From assembly GCA_050575255.1 (NCBI GenBank), contig JBNZDD010013727.1:4117175-4180524 (forward strand): a DNA stretch of 63,350 bases, in the 5' to 3' direction. This stretch comes from Harriotta raleighana. Its lineage: Eukaryota. A program made the position numbers and the translations under genes. This document shows, in pieces, positions 37,068-50,534 of this stretch; the first letter of the stretch is position 1, and the number at the start of each line of letters is the position of its first letter. Under the pieces are notes generated by a model. That model saw only the letters and a list, made by a program, of their open reading frames with translations. It had not been told where the DNA came from and ran no database searches.

Positions 37068-37330
37068 GGTGGCTGGGCTTTCAGCCTCTCAGCACCCACC
37101 TTTGGAACTCCATCCCACAATCCCTTCACCTTGTTCCCTCCCTTGCCTCCTCCTTCGAGACCTTCCTTTTCAACAGTGCCTTCAGCCACACTGCTGTCTT
37201 CATTCATCTCACCCCTGCCCCCCCCTTACTGGATCCTGATCCTCGACTTTTTAGTGCCTTGAGAGAATCTTCGATGTGAAAGGCACTTTGGAAATGTAAT
37301 TTTGTTGTTGTTATTATTGTTGTTGGTGTT
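37068..37330 (+). mobile_element. L2-clade LINE 3' end
   Basis: Decayed GG.AFS.SAP..WNS.P ORF2 C-terminal motif, pyrimidine-rich UTR, GTGAAAGGCACT, (GTT)n tail. Confidence 0.7.
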
Positions 37331-38674
37331 GTAGTGCAATCAGTTCATGTTCAAGTACCTGTTGTGAGTATGCATTCAATTTGGACCATCCATCTGCCCA
37401 TCAAACTATCCTGATCCCTCATTAGACCATCCTACTGACAAGTGAATTGGTCCAATTGGAACACATGTTGTTTCCAGTAATTCAAAGGTACCGTAACTGT
37501 AAAAAGTTGTGGCTGTTACAAGTTGGGGCTTGCAAGTTTCTTACATCATGATGCATGAACTAAACTTTTAAAATAAACACTAATTTCCCCCTCCAGAGTT
37601 TTCCCAAGACCAGGAGAAAAGGTTCAGGCCTTTTGCTATTGTTATTTATGAAGTACAGTTCACCGAAACAATCATTCCAACCATGCTTTGTACATGCCAA
37701 AGGTTTGATGTCTTCACAATACTTATTCAGCAGCATCAACACAATCATGCATATGGAGAAAGTAGTTTGCTTCTAGCCGTCTCCGGAGATCCTCAGGCCA
37801 TATAAACATGACAGAGGCTTGAAACATGGTAACCCCTCATGCATTTTGATTCTGGAACAGCAAGGTAAGCATTGCATAAGATTGCAATGAACAAGTGATA
37901 ATTTTTTTTCACAGGCACAGAACAGTTCTATTATAATGAAGCAATTTATTAAATTTAAATATACCTTTATTAGCATAAAATCAATTCAGCTGTTGATAGA
38001 ATAGCAAATATGTGCAAGTACTATTCAATTAAAGAAAATAAAAATGTTTGCAAAATTCAATGACCACCAGGGAATGTTCAGAAGTAGATTGATAAAAGAG
38101 GCAGAAATGAAAAGAAAAGATGCATTGAGCATAGATCCAAAGTACACCATGGAAGCCATGGGCCCCGAATAAATCACATTTGACCTGAGTACACGACTGT
38201 TAAGTAGTTCCAGATGCTGAGTGTGGAAGAATGTGCTTTTTCAAAGTCTCAGCATATGGTAAATATATATTTAATAACATAAGAATCAAAAAATTGCAAG
38301 ATGGACAAAGACTATGGTCCACCATTTTATCTTCTACCAGCTTGGCACTCAAACTATTTACTGTATCACAAGATATTATTTCCTAAAATAATTCTACAGT
38401 ATCTCATTTATTTTTGCTAGTCTTTATCAGCTTGCTAAAACTAGTTTTAAATTCTACTGCTAATATCACTGGAATTCTGAAAGGATATGAAAAATGTAGC
38501 AGAGGCCAGTCTTCATACAAATCTTTCTTATGACCTTGTGCTCAATCCATGGCATTTCAAGCTTAAGTTGCTACCAAAGCATTCTCATTAGCTCATACAC
38601 ATTTTCTCCTCTTTCACTGTATCAGGACATTCCACAAACTGATACAGGGCATGCTCCTATCAGGGCATTCTATA

Positions 38675-39125
38675 TCCTAACTAATCTGTGTTTGAAAATA
38701 TTTTGCCTAACTTCCCCATTTGCTTGTTTACTTACTGAAATTGATGCCCTCTAGTTACAGACTCACCGATCAGTGGAAATAATTTCACCCTATTGACTAT
38801 CAAAACCATTCATCATTTTAAGGACTTCTAGCAGGTCATCCTCAGCCTTCTTTGTTGCAGCGGAAAAAATCCCCATTCTTCCAATCTCCGATTACAGACC
38901 AAACCACTCATGCCTGGTGCTATCTTTGTAAATTTCCCCTCTACGCCTCTATCCCATTGATGTGTGGTGACTAAAACTTGGAAAAATATGCTAACTGCAG
39001 TCTAACTAACAATTTCTATGAGTTTAGCATTACCTCTTTACCTTTATACAGTATTCCAAATCTTTATTCATAAAACTTATGATTCGATTACTTGTTGACA
39101 CGTTGGTTCATTTTCCTGCCTTGAA
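38675..39125 (-). mobile_element. Old CR1 fragment
   Basis: CAGTGGAAATAATTTC, TCAAAACCATTCATCATTTT, CTCAGCCTTCT antisense ORF2 motifs as in 63210-63300. Confidence 0.6.
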
Positions 39126-39144
39126 GGATTCCTGACACTGTATT

Positions 39145-39545
39145 GAAAATAATGGTAATAATCCCTACATTTGATATTGTGCCTTTCATGTTCTGAGGAT
39201 GTCTCAAATTGCTTCACAGGATTTAATGTGATGTGGTCATGTGTGCTTTGTAGGTGAACATGACAGCTAATTTGCACACAGTAATGTTCTTCAAACAACC
39301 ATGATGGGAATAAGGAGTTTTATCTGAGAGATTCTTGATCAAGATTCCGGGAGAACTACTCTTTTTTTCAAAAAGTGTCATGCAGTTTTTAACATCTTTC
39401 TAAATAGGCAGATCTGCTTAATGTGTCTTCCAAAGGACACCAGCTCTGATAATGTTCACCAGGATTGGAGGGTCTGCCCAGACTATGTGATTCAAAGTCC
39501 CGATGTGGAGCTTGAACTCAGAGGTGAGAATGACACCTATAACTA
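39145..39545 (-). mobile_element. Old DeuSINE-like element
   Basis: GTGCCTTTCATGTTCTGAGGATGTCTCAAA tail, CAGCTAATTTGCACACAG core, ACTCAGAGGTGAGA head. Confidence 0.65.
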
Positions 39546-39894
39546 TTATCAGACATAGACAGAAAAATAAGGGGACATAAATTTGGGGGATGAAAAAGAA
39601 TCACCATCTGTAGTGGAAGATTTGCCACTCAGGACATTAGGTTTATATTTCGCTGAATTGTGCGAATATCTGTCACTAAATTCTTCATCACTGCTCCCAG
39701 CAAGCAATAGTAATAGGCAATGGAAGATAGAAACAATTAAGATGGTCCTTTAATAGTCCAAGTAACATTATGGAGACTCAATTGTTGGTAGAGAGTTTGT
39801 GATGGGAAAAAAATAGATGGGATGGGTGAAATTTGTTTATTTAAGTTGATGATATATTGTCAGGTTAAAAGAATAGATGTGGGGCCAATGATAA

Positions 39895-40082
39895 CCACAA
39901 CAACAACTTGGATTTATATTGCACTCTCCACACCAGATGGCATCTCAGAGCGCTTCACAAAGCAGAGCCCGAGGCTGAGCCAGGAGGAGGGGGAAAAAGG
40001 TGACCAAAGGTGACTGGCATGATGTGAAAATGGGAAAGGAGGGGACCGGGTGAAGGGAGTTTGGGAGGGAGTTCCAGAGCTC
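39895..40082 (-). mobile_element. L2-clade LINE 3' end
   Basis: (AAC)n tail, CATCTCAGAGCGCTTCACAA, GGGAGGGAGTTCCAGAG; antisense of the 31160 type. Confidence 0.75.
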
Positions 40083-41224
40083 CTATTGATATTCAAACTA
40101 TAATATGTGTCATACAATGTTAACACTTACAATAAAGGAAGGAGCCCTTTGACCCATCAATCTTAAGTTGATGCTGAAGCATTCTCCTGAGCTCACACAC
40201 ATTTTCTGCTCTTTCTCAATATCATTTTGCATTCTTCCTCTTCAAACATGTTCATCCAATTCACTTTTGAATGTTGTTCTAATCTTAGCCCTATTTACTG
40301 CTTAATAATAATATCATCTGATTTAACATCCTATCTAAATTTTTTACAGCACATCACAGTTATTTTTGCAAAGTCAATGTGTATATTTGTACGTACTTAG
40401 CAACCAAACTATTCACAAAGATTACAGACTCTCTTCTTTTCAAAATGCCTTGATCTTTAATGTCAATTTGAATAAGTAGGCAAGACCTAACATTGAACAT
40501 TTTATCTGAAGGATTCCACCTGCATCAATGCAACACACCCCCAGTACTACATTGCAGTAGCAGATCACGATGAGCTCCAAGGCAACAATAGTAGATTTTA
40601 ATTCTCATCTTTTGACTCCTGCCAATTCAGCCAGAATGATGTGTGACAAAGCTTCTGACGTTTCGAGTCATAATCCTGTGTTTGTGCCCCATTGTTACAA
40701 AAATACTAACAAATGGACATAGTTTTTCATAATTGAACCTTTCAAAAGCTTTAAGAAAAATTTGCTCTTAAGATTCACTTGCTGCAATAGTGGAAAATTC
40801 ACCATCCATTTTTGAATTGCTCCAAGAGACTGCCATTCTTAGCTCTGTCTGTCTTTTCTATCTAATTCTCTGAAGATCTTTTCACAAGGGTTCAGGGACA
40901 AACATTCAGTCTCTTGTGGCTAAACTGGCCCCCAAGATTTAGTAATACAATAGCAACACAATTCTAGTGCATAAATCATGCTAAAAGTGTCATGCCCATT
41001 GATACATCAATATCACTGTTTTTTTTTCCTTTGCTGTTCAGCGTATTAATGTGGTACATACTCCTGCAGTCATAAACAGAAATACTACAGCATTGCAGAT
41101 ATTGAACAAGTATGTTTGGAATTTAATGTTATCTATTCAATTACAGGATTGCAGTTAAAAAGAAAACAATTGATGAATATGGTGGTTTCATAATAATGTA
41201 AAGATTTACATTGTAGAGATGAAA

Positions 41225-41430
41225 ACTATAAATGCTGAAATTCTGAAATGAAAACAATGCTGGAAATCCATAACAACTCAATGAGCATGTGAAAGAGAAA
41301 GATATGATTATCGTTCCAGGTAGGAGAGTTTTTCTGTTTTGAAGAATGATTCCATCCAAAGCATTAACCTTTATTTTCTCTTGCAAATGTTGATTCATCT
41401 ATTGCAATTCCTCACACTTTTTCTCTTTAT
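41225..41430. mobile_element. Strongly decayed Penelope-type palindrome
   Basis: AATGCTGAAATTCTGAAATGAAAACAATGCTGGAAAT resembles the antisense of 29770-29826. Confidence 0.45.
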
Positions 41431-41969
41431 ATTGCAAAATAATTTACTTGCAACATTTTGCTTTATGTTGAAGCAAAAATAATTTGTTTTACCATTGCAT
41501 CTTTTGTTTCTCTCCCATGCCCATTTAGTTTTTCCTTGGTTCTAGTTTCGTGTAGACTGCACATTTGTTTGTTGTTTCCTTGTTGTGTGCAGCAATAAGT
41601 ATCTGTTGTTCAATTAAGTGGAATTTTTGTACTATTAGTCCTGACACCTTCTGTTTATTTATTTTCTGAAGTGTATTGATTTGTGCCAGTGGACGCAGAA
41701 AAATTATTCACTTCCTGCCACATAAATATTACATTTCCACCAATTGTCAATATGCATATTCAGAACAATTCATGAATATAATACAATTGCATTTATTGTG
41801 ATTGTGATGTGCTCCACTGTGGGTGAGACATTACCATTATTTGCACAGATTGTCTTTGGATACATCAGTATGGCATCCAGCCTCTGTTGAATTGATGCAT
41901 TTTAAAATATATTGAAACAATGCTTCTATCATATTAACTTTAGTCTCTGGCAAAGATGAAGGCATGAAT

Positions 41970-42345
41970 GTCTACCTGGCTCAATGGTAGCACTCTCGCC
42001 TTTGAATCAGAAACTGAGTTTCAACCCCACATCGGGATTGAAATCACATAGTCTAAAATGACACTCCAATGCAATGTTGGAGGTGTGTTGTATTTCGGAG
42101 GTGCTATCCTTCAGATGAGACCTTAAATCAAGATCCTATCTGACTATTCAGCTGGGTGCTATAAATAAATGGCACTTATCAAAAAGAGAAGGTAGTTTCT
42201 TCCAGTGTCCCCGCCAACAATTCCTCCAGTAAAACAATCATTTGATGTCTGCTTGTGGGACATTGCTGTGCACAAATTGGCTGCCACGTTTGCTTACCAA
42301 TACACAGCAAATACACTTTGCAGTAAATCCTGTAAAGCATTTAGA
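41970..42345 (+). mobile_element. Near full-length old DeuSINE (SacSINE1/EshSINE1-like)
   Basis: TGGCTCAATGGTAGCACTCTCGCC head, TGACACTCCAATGCA, GGAGGTGCTATCCTTCAGATGAGAC, TTGTGGGACATTGCTGTGCACAAATTGGCTGCC. Confidence 0.85.
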
Positions 42346-45021
42346 TTCGTATTCAAATAATTGACCCTTATAATTAAATTTATCTCTGTAGACATGTGTA
42401 CACATAGTCTGCACAACAGTCAAATTTTGAAACCTAATTCTAAAAAATGAAAAAATGACATCAGTCACATTAATCTATCAATGCACTACTTGACCATAAG
42501 GTCTTTATAATGCAAATAGCTCAGAAATCTTCTCCCTCACTTTATAGAAGAAAGTATCTTTTCAATAACAGTGACAATTTAAATAATTATGAAATAGTAC
42601 AGAAAATAGTCAGAATCTGATGGAGAGATTCCTGGAGGAAATGAAAGTCAATCACATGTAGGAATGATACACAAATATCTTACAGGCAATACTAAGAAAG
42701 ACCACAGAAAAATTGTAAATATATGGACAAGATATTTAAGAAATATCACAGGGAACATGAAATGGCAGATATGGTAAATGAATTCCTCACATCAGTCTTC
42801 TTGATTCAAAATTGTGCATGAGTTCCAGTGCACTGATCTTAACTCTTTAGGTTCCGAAATAACTGATGGTACCATATTGGCTGAAGCTGTTTTATTCTTA
42901 CCTGTGCAAACACACAAAATGTTACAAACATGAACAGAGCAATACTACCAGATGACTGTTTTTGTAACTGCCCCTTCCCTACCTGTAAAACAGAACTGGA
43001 ACCACGCTACCCATTCCAGTATTTCTGGACAACAGTGGCAGGCTGAAGTTCTCGGTTTCCACCTTGAAATATTCCCCAACTGTTGTGACGAGCCACTCTT
43101 TCCCTTCTATCTTTATAATTCTCCACCAGCCTTGCTTATCTTGACTCGCAGAGCGGTTCTCAAACACCTCCCCATCTACCCAGGATTGTTTTGTCTGCCT
43201 CCTCGCTTACCCCGTGATTTCTCACCGTTGGGAAGGCAAAGAATAGCTATATTGACGTCTTTAACTGAACATGTTTACTGTTCTCCGTCCTTCACACTTA
43301 TCATATCTACTACAACTGGTGCCAACCTGGCTAAACTCGATTCTTTCAAAGACAGGGCTGATTTCTGCAATTCTGCAGTCTTCTTAGTTTAAACCTAAAT
43401 TTCTAATGTTATACTATTTATTATACACATTGATTTACTTATTAAACGTAAAATAAACCTAATGATTCTCCTTAACCTAACACAACTTCTTATGTTATGA
43501 AGAAACAGAAAGCAAAACAATGTAATTTTCTCACAAATATTTTGAGTAAATTACTTTAATAAGGTAATAGCTCAGATCTTGATCCACAGCATCATCCTTA
43601 ATGATATATAGAGCCCTACGGCTAAGCGTTAATCATTAATCAAAGATGAAACTACATCAAACCTTACTTTTCAGCATTGTCATATGAGTCAATATTATTT
43701 GGTTGTTTATTTTCCAGCAAACCCCAAGACTTATTCCATATCCATTTCCCTTTCCATGCTACACTGTTCCAATAAACTGAGGAGAAATTGTTGAATTAGT
43801 TATGGTTAGCCACTTCATACAGTTGACTTAGTCAAAAAGTTCCAAATGATTGACTTCAATGGAGTGTTTTCTTTTAATTGCATTTTAATACTGTATTTCA
43901 ATTAAGGAAAACATAAATGGAATCAAACAATAGAGTAACTAAATATTAGCAATCTACCAATAGGAAAAGTACAGTATTTTCTTGTCATATGTTAGTAATT
44001 TTATTAACCAATAATTTATGTTTGTCAGCAAATACGAGTCAATAAGTAAAGTCAGTTCTAAATATAATCGGAGTGACAGCCACTCCTAACAATAACTAAA
44101 TTAATGCTCTCGGTGAATTAACTATTGTTCTATGTTGTCTTAGGTAGCCAAAATGTTCACATTCAGATCCACTTACAAGAATTAAGAATCACCTATTGGT
44201 GTAAACAGATCTTGAACAGATATTAGTTGTGGTTCTCAAATGGTTGTTGCTGAGAGTTGCATTATTGAATAACTTTACGTCTAAGTTACAAAGAATCAAT
44301 TTCATGAGCTTTGCTTGAAATTCCATGTGCCAGTAAAAAGGTAAGATTCATACAGGAATTGAAGGATAAAATTGGTTTCAGTGAACCTCAGGAGATTTAA
44401 AGTGTGGGTCTAATTTGAGAATTGTGTAAACCATGTGAGAGCATGTGCATGCAAGACATTATTATGTGGCCATGGTTATTTAATTAACAACTAAGGAAAA
44501 GGGTTACCAGGGATTATGTCATGCTTTCCATTGCTTTTTAAATGCATAATTAAAAGCAGCTAGCTGCTTTTGTGCACGGAGCACCCAATTTACAAATTTT
44601 GCATATCGGTTGTAATCCAATCCACAAATTAGACCCCTACGTCTGCCAATAAATGGAATTTGGAGCAGGTGACTTTTACAGAAAACAATCACTGATACAG
44701 GATTGTACAATTCTAACATCAAGAAGTATAAGTACATTATGTATTGTCTTTTTTAGCAGCTATTATAGAGGCCATAGCAACTTTGGCTGATGTTCTGCTG
44801 GTGGCTGTTGGTTTTGGAACAAAAGAGATTACTTCATTTGTTTTGTTCGTCCTGTCTTTACATCGAGGCAGCATAACTTTACCATTGCCTTAATTATATC
44901 TTAATTTATATAATAAGTTCTTCTTCTAATTTTCTGTTGTCCTTTCCTGATGGCACTGACTCCTGTTAAATTATGGTTCCAACCACATAATCCTTCTTCC
45001 CATAACTCAGTAAATTTCAAA

Positions 45022-45149
45022 AATAATAATAATCATTGCATTTTGATACAGAATATTTTGTAAACTGAATTGACTATATATTTGTGGGTGAAATGTGGCA
45101 GCCAATTGAGCACAGCGTGTTCCACAAACACTCGTGGATTGAGTGACCA
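45022..45149 (-). mobile_element. SINE 3' fragment
   Basis: (AAT)n tail, TTTGTGGGTGAAATGTGGCAGCCAATTG core. Confidence 0.75.
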
Positions 45150-46054
45150 CTAAAAAGTAATCAGCAGTGGAAAAGCTAGAAAATATTCCCAAAGTCAATG
45201 TAATTGGCAGAGTACAGTCACTGTAATTTATAATGAAATGTGTAACTTATGTCATGTTGTTTATTATCTTTTTGTTCAAAGAGTAAGACATCAATATTTT
45301 CAATATTTAGAGAGAATAAAATAAAGACAACATAATTAATTCAGCGATCTAGTCATGGATACATCTGAAGGACAATTATTCCATAAATTATTATTTTGTT
45401 CTGCAAAAATATTGTGTTTGATAATAAACATGCTAACATCAGTCATGTAAAAAGGCCGCAATAACCCTCTTCTCTTTTTCTAAAATCTAAAATTTTTCTT
45501 ACCATCTCTGTCTCCTTGTGTTCTCTCTATCACTGTCAAAGCACACGCTTGATGTAGCTATTTTTAAATGGGAAGTGAGAGAATACGAGTGTGGGCCATT
45601 GGATAACACTTCAAATAAAGTGATGCAGAGAAGAAAGGAAGGAAGGAAGCAAGCTGAGATGCAAGCAAGCTAGCAAGGAAACAAGCTACCTAGCTTTGTC
45701 TGTGGTCTGCAGAAAACACTAGGTGAGCTTTCGAAAATCAATGAAACTCTTGCATCTTCACAAAATCATTCCTGAGAAAAGATGCTCAGTGATTTGTGCC
45801 CACCTCTAATTTAGCCACTTAAAAATACATTGATTTTTCATATTGATTCCTACACATTTTATAAACTTTTTTCATTTTAAATCTAAACTATTTTCTTTCG
45901 GTATAAAAGGAAAAACTTCACTTTTAGTCATTTCTTTCATTGTTGTCTCAAGTGTACTTAGGAATACTGGTATACAGGTCTGTGAAAATATTATTGGGGT
46001 CCATTTGGCTAAGCCCTCTGAGTGTCAAAAAAAGACAATAGTGAATCAGAATCC

Positions 46055-48364
46055 TTAGAATTTAGTATTAAGTTAGAGAGTGACGTAGTTAAATCCGAAG
46101 CAAGAATCTTAAATTTAAATCAAGCTAACTTTGCAGGTATGAGGAAAGATTAGCTAAAATAGACTGGGGAATTAGACTAATGGATATAACAGTAGATCAA
46201 CAATGGCAAACATTTAAAGATATAGTGCATAATTCTCAGCGGTCACATATTCCCTTGAGGAGTAAGAGTACAACAGGGAAAGCAATTCATCCGTGGCTAA
46301 CTAGTGCAGTTAGGGAAAGTATAAAATTAAAAGAAAAGGCCTATAAAACTGCCAAAAAGAGCAGCAGACCTGAGGACTGGAAGAGTTTTAGGGACCAGCA
46401 AAGGAAAACTAAAAAGCTCATCAAGAGTGAGAAAATGGAATATGATGGCAAGCTAGCAAGGAACATTAGGTCAGATTGTAAGAGTTTTTATCAATTTGTT
46501 AAGAGGAATAGGATAGTGAAAGTAAATGTGGATCCATTACAGGCAGAGTCAGTAGGAATTATGATGGAGGATAAGGAATGGCAGAGACCCTAAATAAATA
46601 TTTTACATCTAAATTCACTTTTGAAGACACAAGGATTCTGCCAAATATAGAGCTGAACCAAGGGGTTAATGATATAAAGCAATTTAGGGAAATTTGCATC
46701 AGCAAGGAATTGATGCTAGGGAAATTGTTGGCACTAAAAAGTGACAAGTGCCCTGGACTTGCATCCTAGGGTCTTAAAGGAAGTGGCTCATGGGATAGTG
46801 AACGCCTGGTGTCTGATCTTCCAAAATTCCTTGGATTCTGGATGGATTGGAAGATCACAAACATCACACCACTATTTCAGAAGGGTGGGAAAGAAAAGTT
46901 GGGGAACTAAAGACCAGTTAGTCTGACATCGGTAGTAGAGAAAATTCTAGAATCCTTGATTTAAGGATGTTGTAGTGGGGTACTTAGAGGAACACAATAT
47001 AATTAGACAAAGTCAACATGGCTTTACAAAAAGGAAGTCATCTTTGATAAATCTTTTAGATTTTTTGAGGATATATCAAGTAGATTAGATAGGGGGGAAG
47101 CAATGGATGTAGTGTATTTGGATTTCCAAAAGGCATTCGATAAGGTGCCACACAAAAGGTTGATCCAAAAAGTGGGCCCATGGAATTGGGGGAAATATAT
47201 TAACATGGATTGAAGAATGGCTAACGGGAAGGAAACAAAGAGTAGGATAAACGGGTCCTTCTCAGATTGGCAGGATGTGACTCGTGAAGTGCCACAACTA
47301 TTTACAGACGACATTGAACTTAAAATATCCAAATTTGCTGATGATACTAATTTAGGAGGGAGATTAAACACCAAGCATGACATTTTAAAAATGCAGTGCG
47401 ATATCAATAGGCTAGGTGAGTGGACAAGTAGATGGCAGATGACATATAATGTAGGGAAGTGTGAAGCCATCCACCTAGATGGTAAAAACAATAGAGCAGA
47501 TTCATTTTTAGAAGGGGAGAGACTAAATAATGTTAGCATTCAGAGGGACTTGGGTGTCCTTATTGACCAGTCACAAAAAGTTAGTATGCAGGTACAGCAA
47601 GCAACTAGGGAGGCTAACAGTATGTTGGCATTCATTATAAAAGGGTTAGAATATAAGAGTAGGGAAGTCTTGCTGCAGCTCATCAGGGCTCTGGTAAGAC
47701 CACACCTGGAATATTGTGTGGAGTTTTGGTCTCCTTATTTAAGAAGGNATTAGAATATAGGAGTAGGGAAGTCTTGCTGCAGCTCATTAGGGCTCTGGTA
47801 GGACCACACCTGGAATATTGTGTGGAGTTTTGGTCTCCTTATTTAAGAAGGGTTGTACTCACCTTGGAGGGGGTTCAGCGTAGATTCACCAGGTTGGTAC
47901 CTGGGATGAGGGGGGTGAATTATGAAGATAAATTGAGCAATCTAGGCCTATATTCTCCAGATTATAGAAAAATTAGAGGCGAGTTTATAGAAACCTATAA
48001 GATTATCAAGAAGCAAGACAGATTAGATAGTGGGAGACTATTTTCACTGGTTGGAGAAACTGTAACCAGGGGTCACAGTCTTAAAATTAGGGATCAGCCC
48101 TTTCGCACTGAGTTAAGAAAAAAACTTCTTCACTCAGAGGGTAGTGAATTTATGGAATTCTCTATCCCAAAGGGCTGCAGATGCTCAGTTGTTGAACATA
48201 TTGAAGACTGAGATTGATAGATTTTTTGTGGATAAAGGGATTAAGGGATATGGGGATAAGGAGAGTAGGTGGAGTTAGAATAGATCAGCCATGATCTTAC
48301 TGAATGGCGGGGCAGGCTCGAGGGGCCGAATGGCCTAATCCTGCTCCTAATTCTTATGTTCTTA
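46055..48364 (+). mobile_element. CR1 LINE, 5'-truncated (~2.3 kb)
   Basis: ORF2 remnants plus 3' UTR GGGGCCGAATGGCCTAATCCTGCTCCTAATTCTTATGTTCTTA. Confidence 0.95.
46180..48211 (+). pseudogene. Frameshifted CR1 ORF2 (reverse transcriptase)
   Basis: Fragments with HPWLT, YLDFQKAFDKVPH, ISKFADDT, QRDLGV, LVRPHLEYCVEFWSP, LEGVQRRFTR, TRGHSLK in changing frames. Confidence 0.92.
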
Positions 48365-48524
48365 ATTGGAATTAGATCCCAAATAAATTAGATAAACACC
48401 TGAAAAGGGAAAGAAAAATATGAAAAGTGTTTGGGGTAAATGCAGAAACTAAACAGAAAGCTCCAGCGGTGGCACAATGGGCTGAATGGCCTACTTCCAT
48501 GCTGAAAAAAGATGTGATTCTGTG
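48365..48524 (+). mobile_element. Second, older CR1 3' end
   Basis: TTAGATAAACACCTGAA...GGCACAATGGGCTGAATGGCCTACTTC. Confidence 0.65.
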
Positions 48525-48544
48525 CTCAAATTGTTCACTAAATA

Positions 48545-49041
48545 CAATAAAAACTTGTTTATCCAGTACCCAACCAACCGGCATGGTGCTAAAGTATAAG
48601 CGCTCTGAGACGCAGTCCGGCGTGGAGGGCGCTATATAAATCAAAGTTGTTTTTGTTGTTGGCATACTCAACCAACCAGTATCTTCAATTGCATTGGGCG
48701 ATCCGGGACTCTTGTGGTATACTCACTTTGTGCATGTGCACAATTAAACTTCCCGAACTCTCGAATGCTTTTTTACCGATCATTTTACCGAGTGTTCTGG
48801 AATACTTTATTGGTAAGTATCCATACTATATTCTGTTATTATTTAGNAATTAAACTTCCCGAACTCTCGAATGCTTTTTTACAGATCATTTTACCGAGTG
48901 TGCTGGAATACTTTATTGGTAAGTATCCATACTATATTCTGTTATTATTTAGTCTATTATTAATGTGGTATGATATCCGGTATATTTAATTAACCGGTAC
49001 CGGTCAGGTCCCGAGGGTGCCGAATAACAAAGGTTTTACTG
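48545..49041. mobile_element. Tigger-like MITE containing an L2 tail and an N-split duplication (48741-48953)
   Basis: TA-CAATAAAAACTTGTTTATCC ... AAGGTTTTACTG-TA; colinear with 13459-13877. Confidence 0.8.
48585..48660 (+). mobile_element. 76-bp L2 3' tip inserted in MITE
   Basis: AAGCGCTCTGAGACG...GGCGCTATATAAATCAAAGTTGTT; flanked by GGCAT (48580-48584, 48661-48665). Confidence 0.75.
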
Positions 49042-50534
49042 TACTTGAATTTGGTGATGCAATCTGCCTCCACTGTCTCACTGGATTGACTGTTCCTCAT
49101 ATTCATGGGTGACTTTGCCAAATAATGAAATTATTCCCTGTCCATTCATAAAATGTGCTGATGTGCATAATCATTCTACAATCCAAGCTTCTAAGTACAG
49201 AGTATACAAAGTTGCAATAATACAAAACAAAGCACAATATGAACTGATAAACAAAGTTGGCTCAACGTTTCCTTCTTACATTAATCAAATAAATTCATTA
49301 CAGGTTCAGTAAGAACCTTCGATGATATGGATAAATGGAGTAATTTACCTTAGCTCCCCTGAGAGGTCATATTGATTTTCCTTAACACAAATTCAGTGCT
49401 CCACATTAGTTACCTTCTGTCTCTATTTAGGACTTTGTCTTACTATTTCCTTTTCCAAATCAATGCAAATCATTTGTCCAAGATAGGTTAAAAGGCCTTG
49501 TCTTATCCTATCCAACTTACAGAGACAAAGAAAGAAGCAGAGTTCCAGATCTTTCAAACAGAAAAGAGTATTAAATCGTTAGTCAAGCTTTAGCAGCTTT
49601 AGATCATAACAATGCTGGATAACCCAATGGAGGAGAATCTGGACTTGTTCTTTTGATTCTTCCAACTAACAGACAAGCTTTGAAATCCATTTAATTTTCA
49701 TTGATATTTTCAAATGTGTGTTTCATTGCTTCAGAAATTGCTGTAGTCACTATACAAAATAATCTATTATACTGATACCCAACAGGTAGCAACTTCTGCT
49801 TATGAAGAAGAAGGGGTAATTTGTAAACCAAGTACACTGAAGCTCGTTTTTATTCTCTTAAACAATTAAAATGCAAATGTGGTTTCACTTGGAGAACTGA
49901 GCTGAAGGCTCTTGTTCTTGAAACACTACGATTTACATGTGCTATCTGTACCCTTGTGTTTAGTTCTGCAACAATGTTTGGAATACTCAGGCAGCCTTTC
50001 ACAAATTACAGTCAACCCTTTCAATAACAATAATTACATCAGGGCTTGAGAAAGCATATTTCTTTGCACCTTGGGAAAAAGTAACCACTGTCACTGGGTA
50101 CTAAAGACAAATTGGAGTTCTGAACTATGCATAGATTAGAGCTGAACAATAGGTTAGTACAAGCAGGTCCAAGCAGCCTATATTGACGTCAGTTATTAAA
50201 CTCAAGCAATTATTTCAGGATAGGTAATTCCCTGTTGTTAAGATAATTATGGCATGCAAGCGCCTGCTTTGAATTCGCAGGATGACTATTAAGCAGAAAC
50301 TAAATGCTAATGGTGTCAAAATTGCACTAATCCTAAATGTATTCCATTCCCTAATTATCGTGGGGAATAATTAAGAAATAATTAAGTGCTTAACAATACT
50401 GCAATTGTGCCCCAAATACATTAAAAGATTGCATTGGCAGTTTCTCAAGTAAAAATTCTCTTATTTTTGACCCGAGGAGTTGTGTCTAACTGTGGCAAAT
50501 TATGGTAGTTGTCAGTCTTGCTAAAACACAAACA

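Noticed and set aside
45920-46018. Possible minus-strand exon (GLAKWTPIIFSQTCIPVFLSTLE...)
   Set aside because: Reasonable acceptor but weak donor and unrecognised peptide
47024-47539. 171-aa minus-strand ORF
   Set aside because: Antisense shadow of the CR1 reverse transcriptase region
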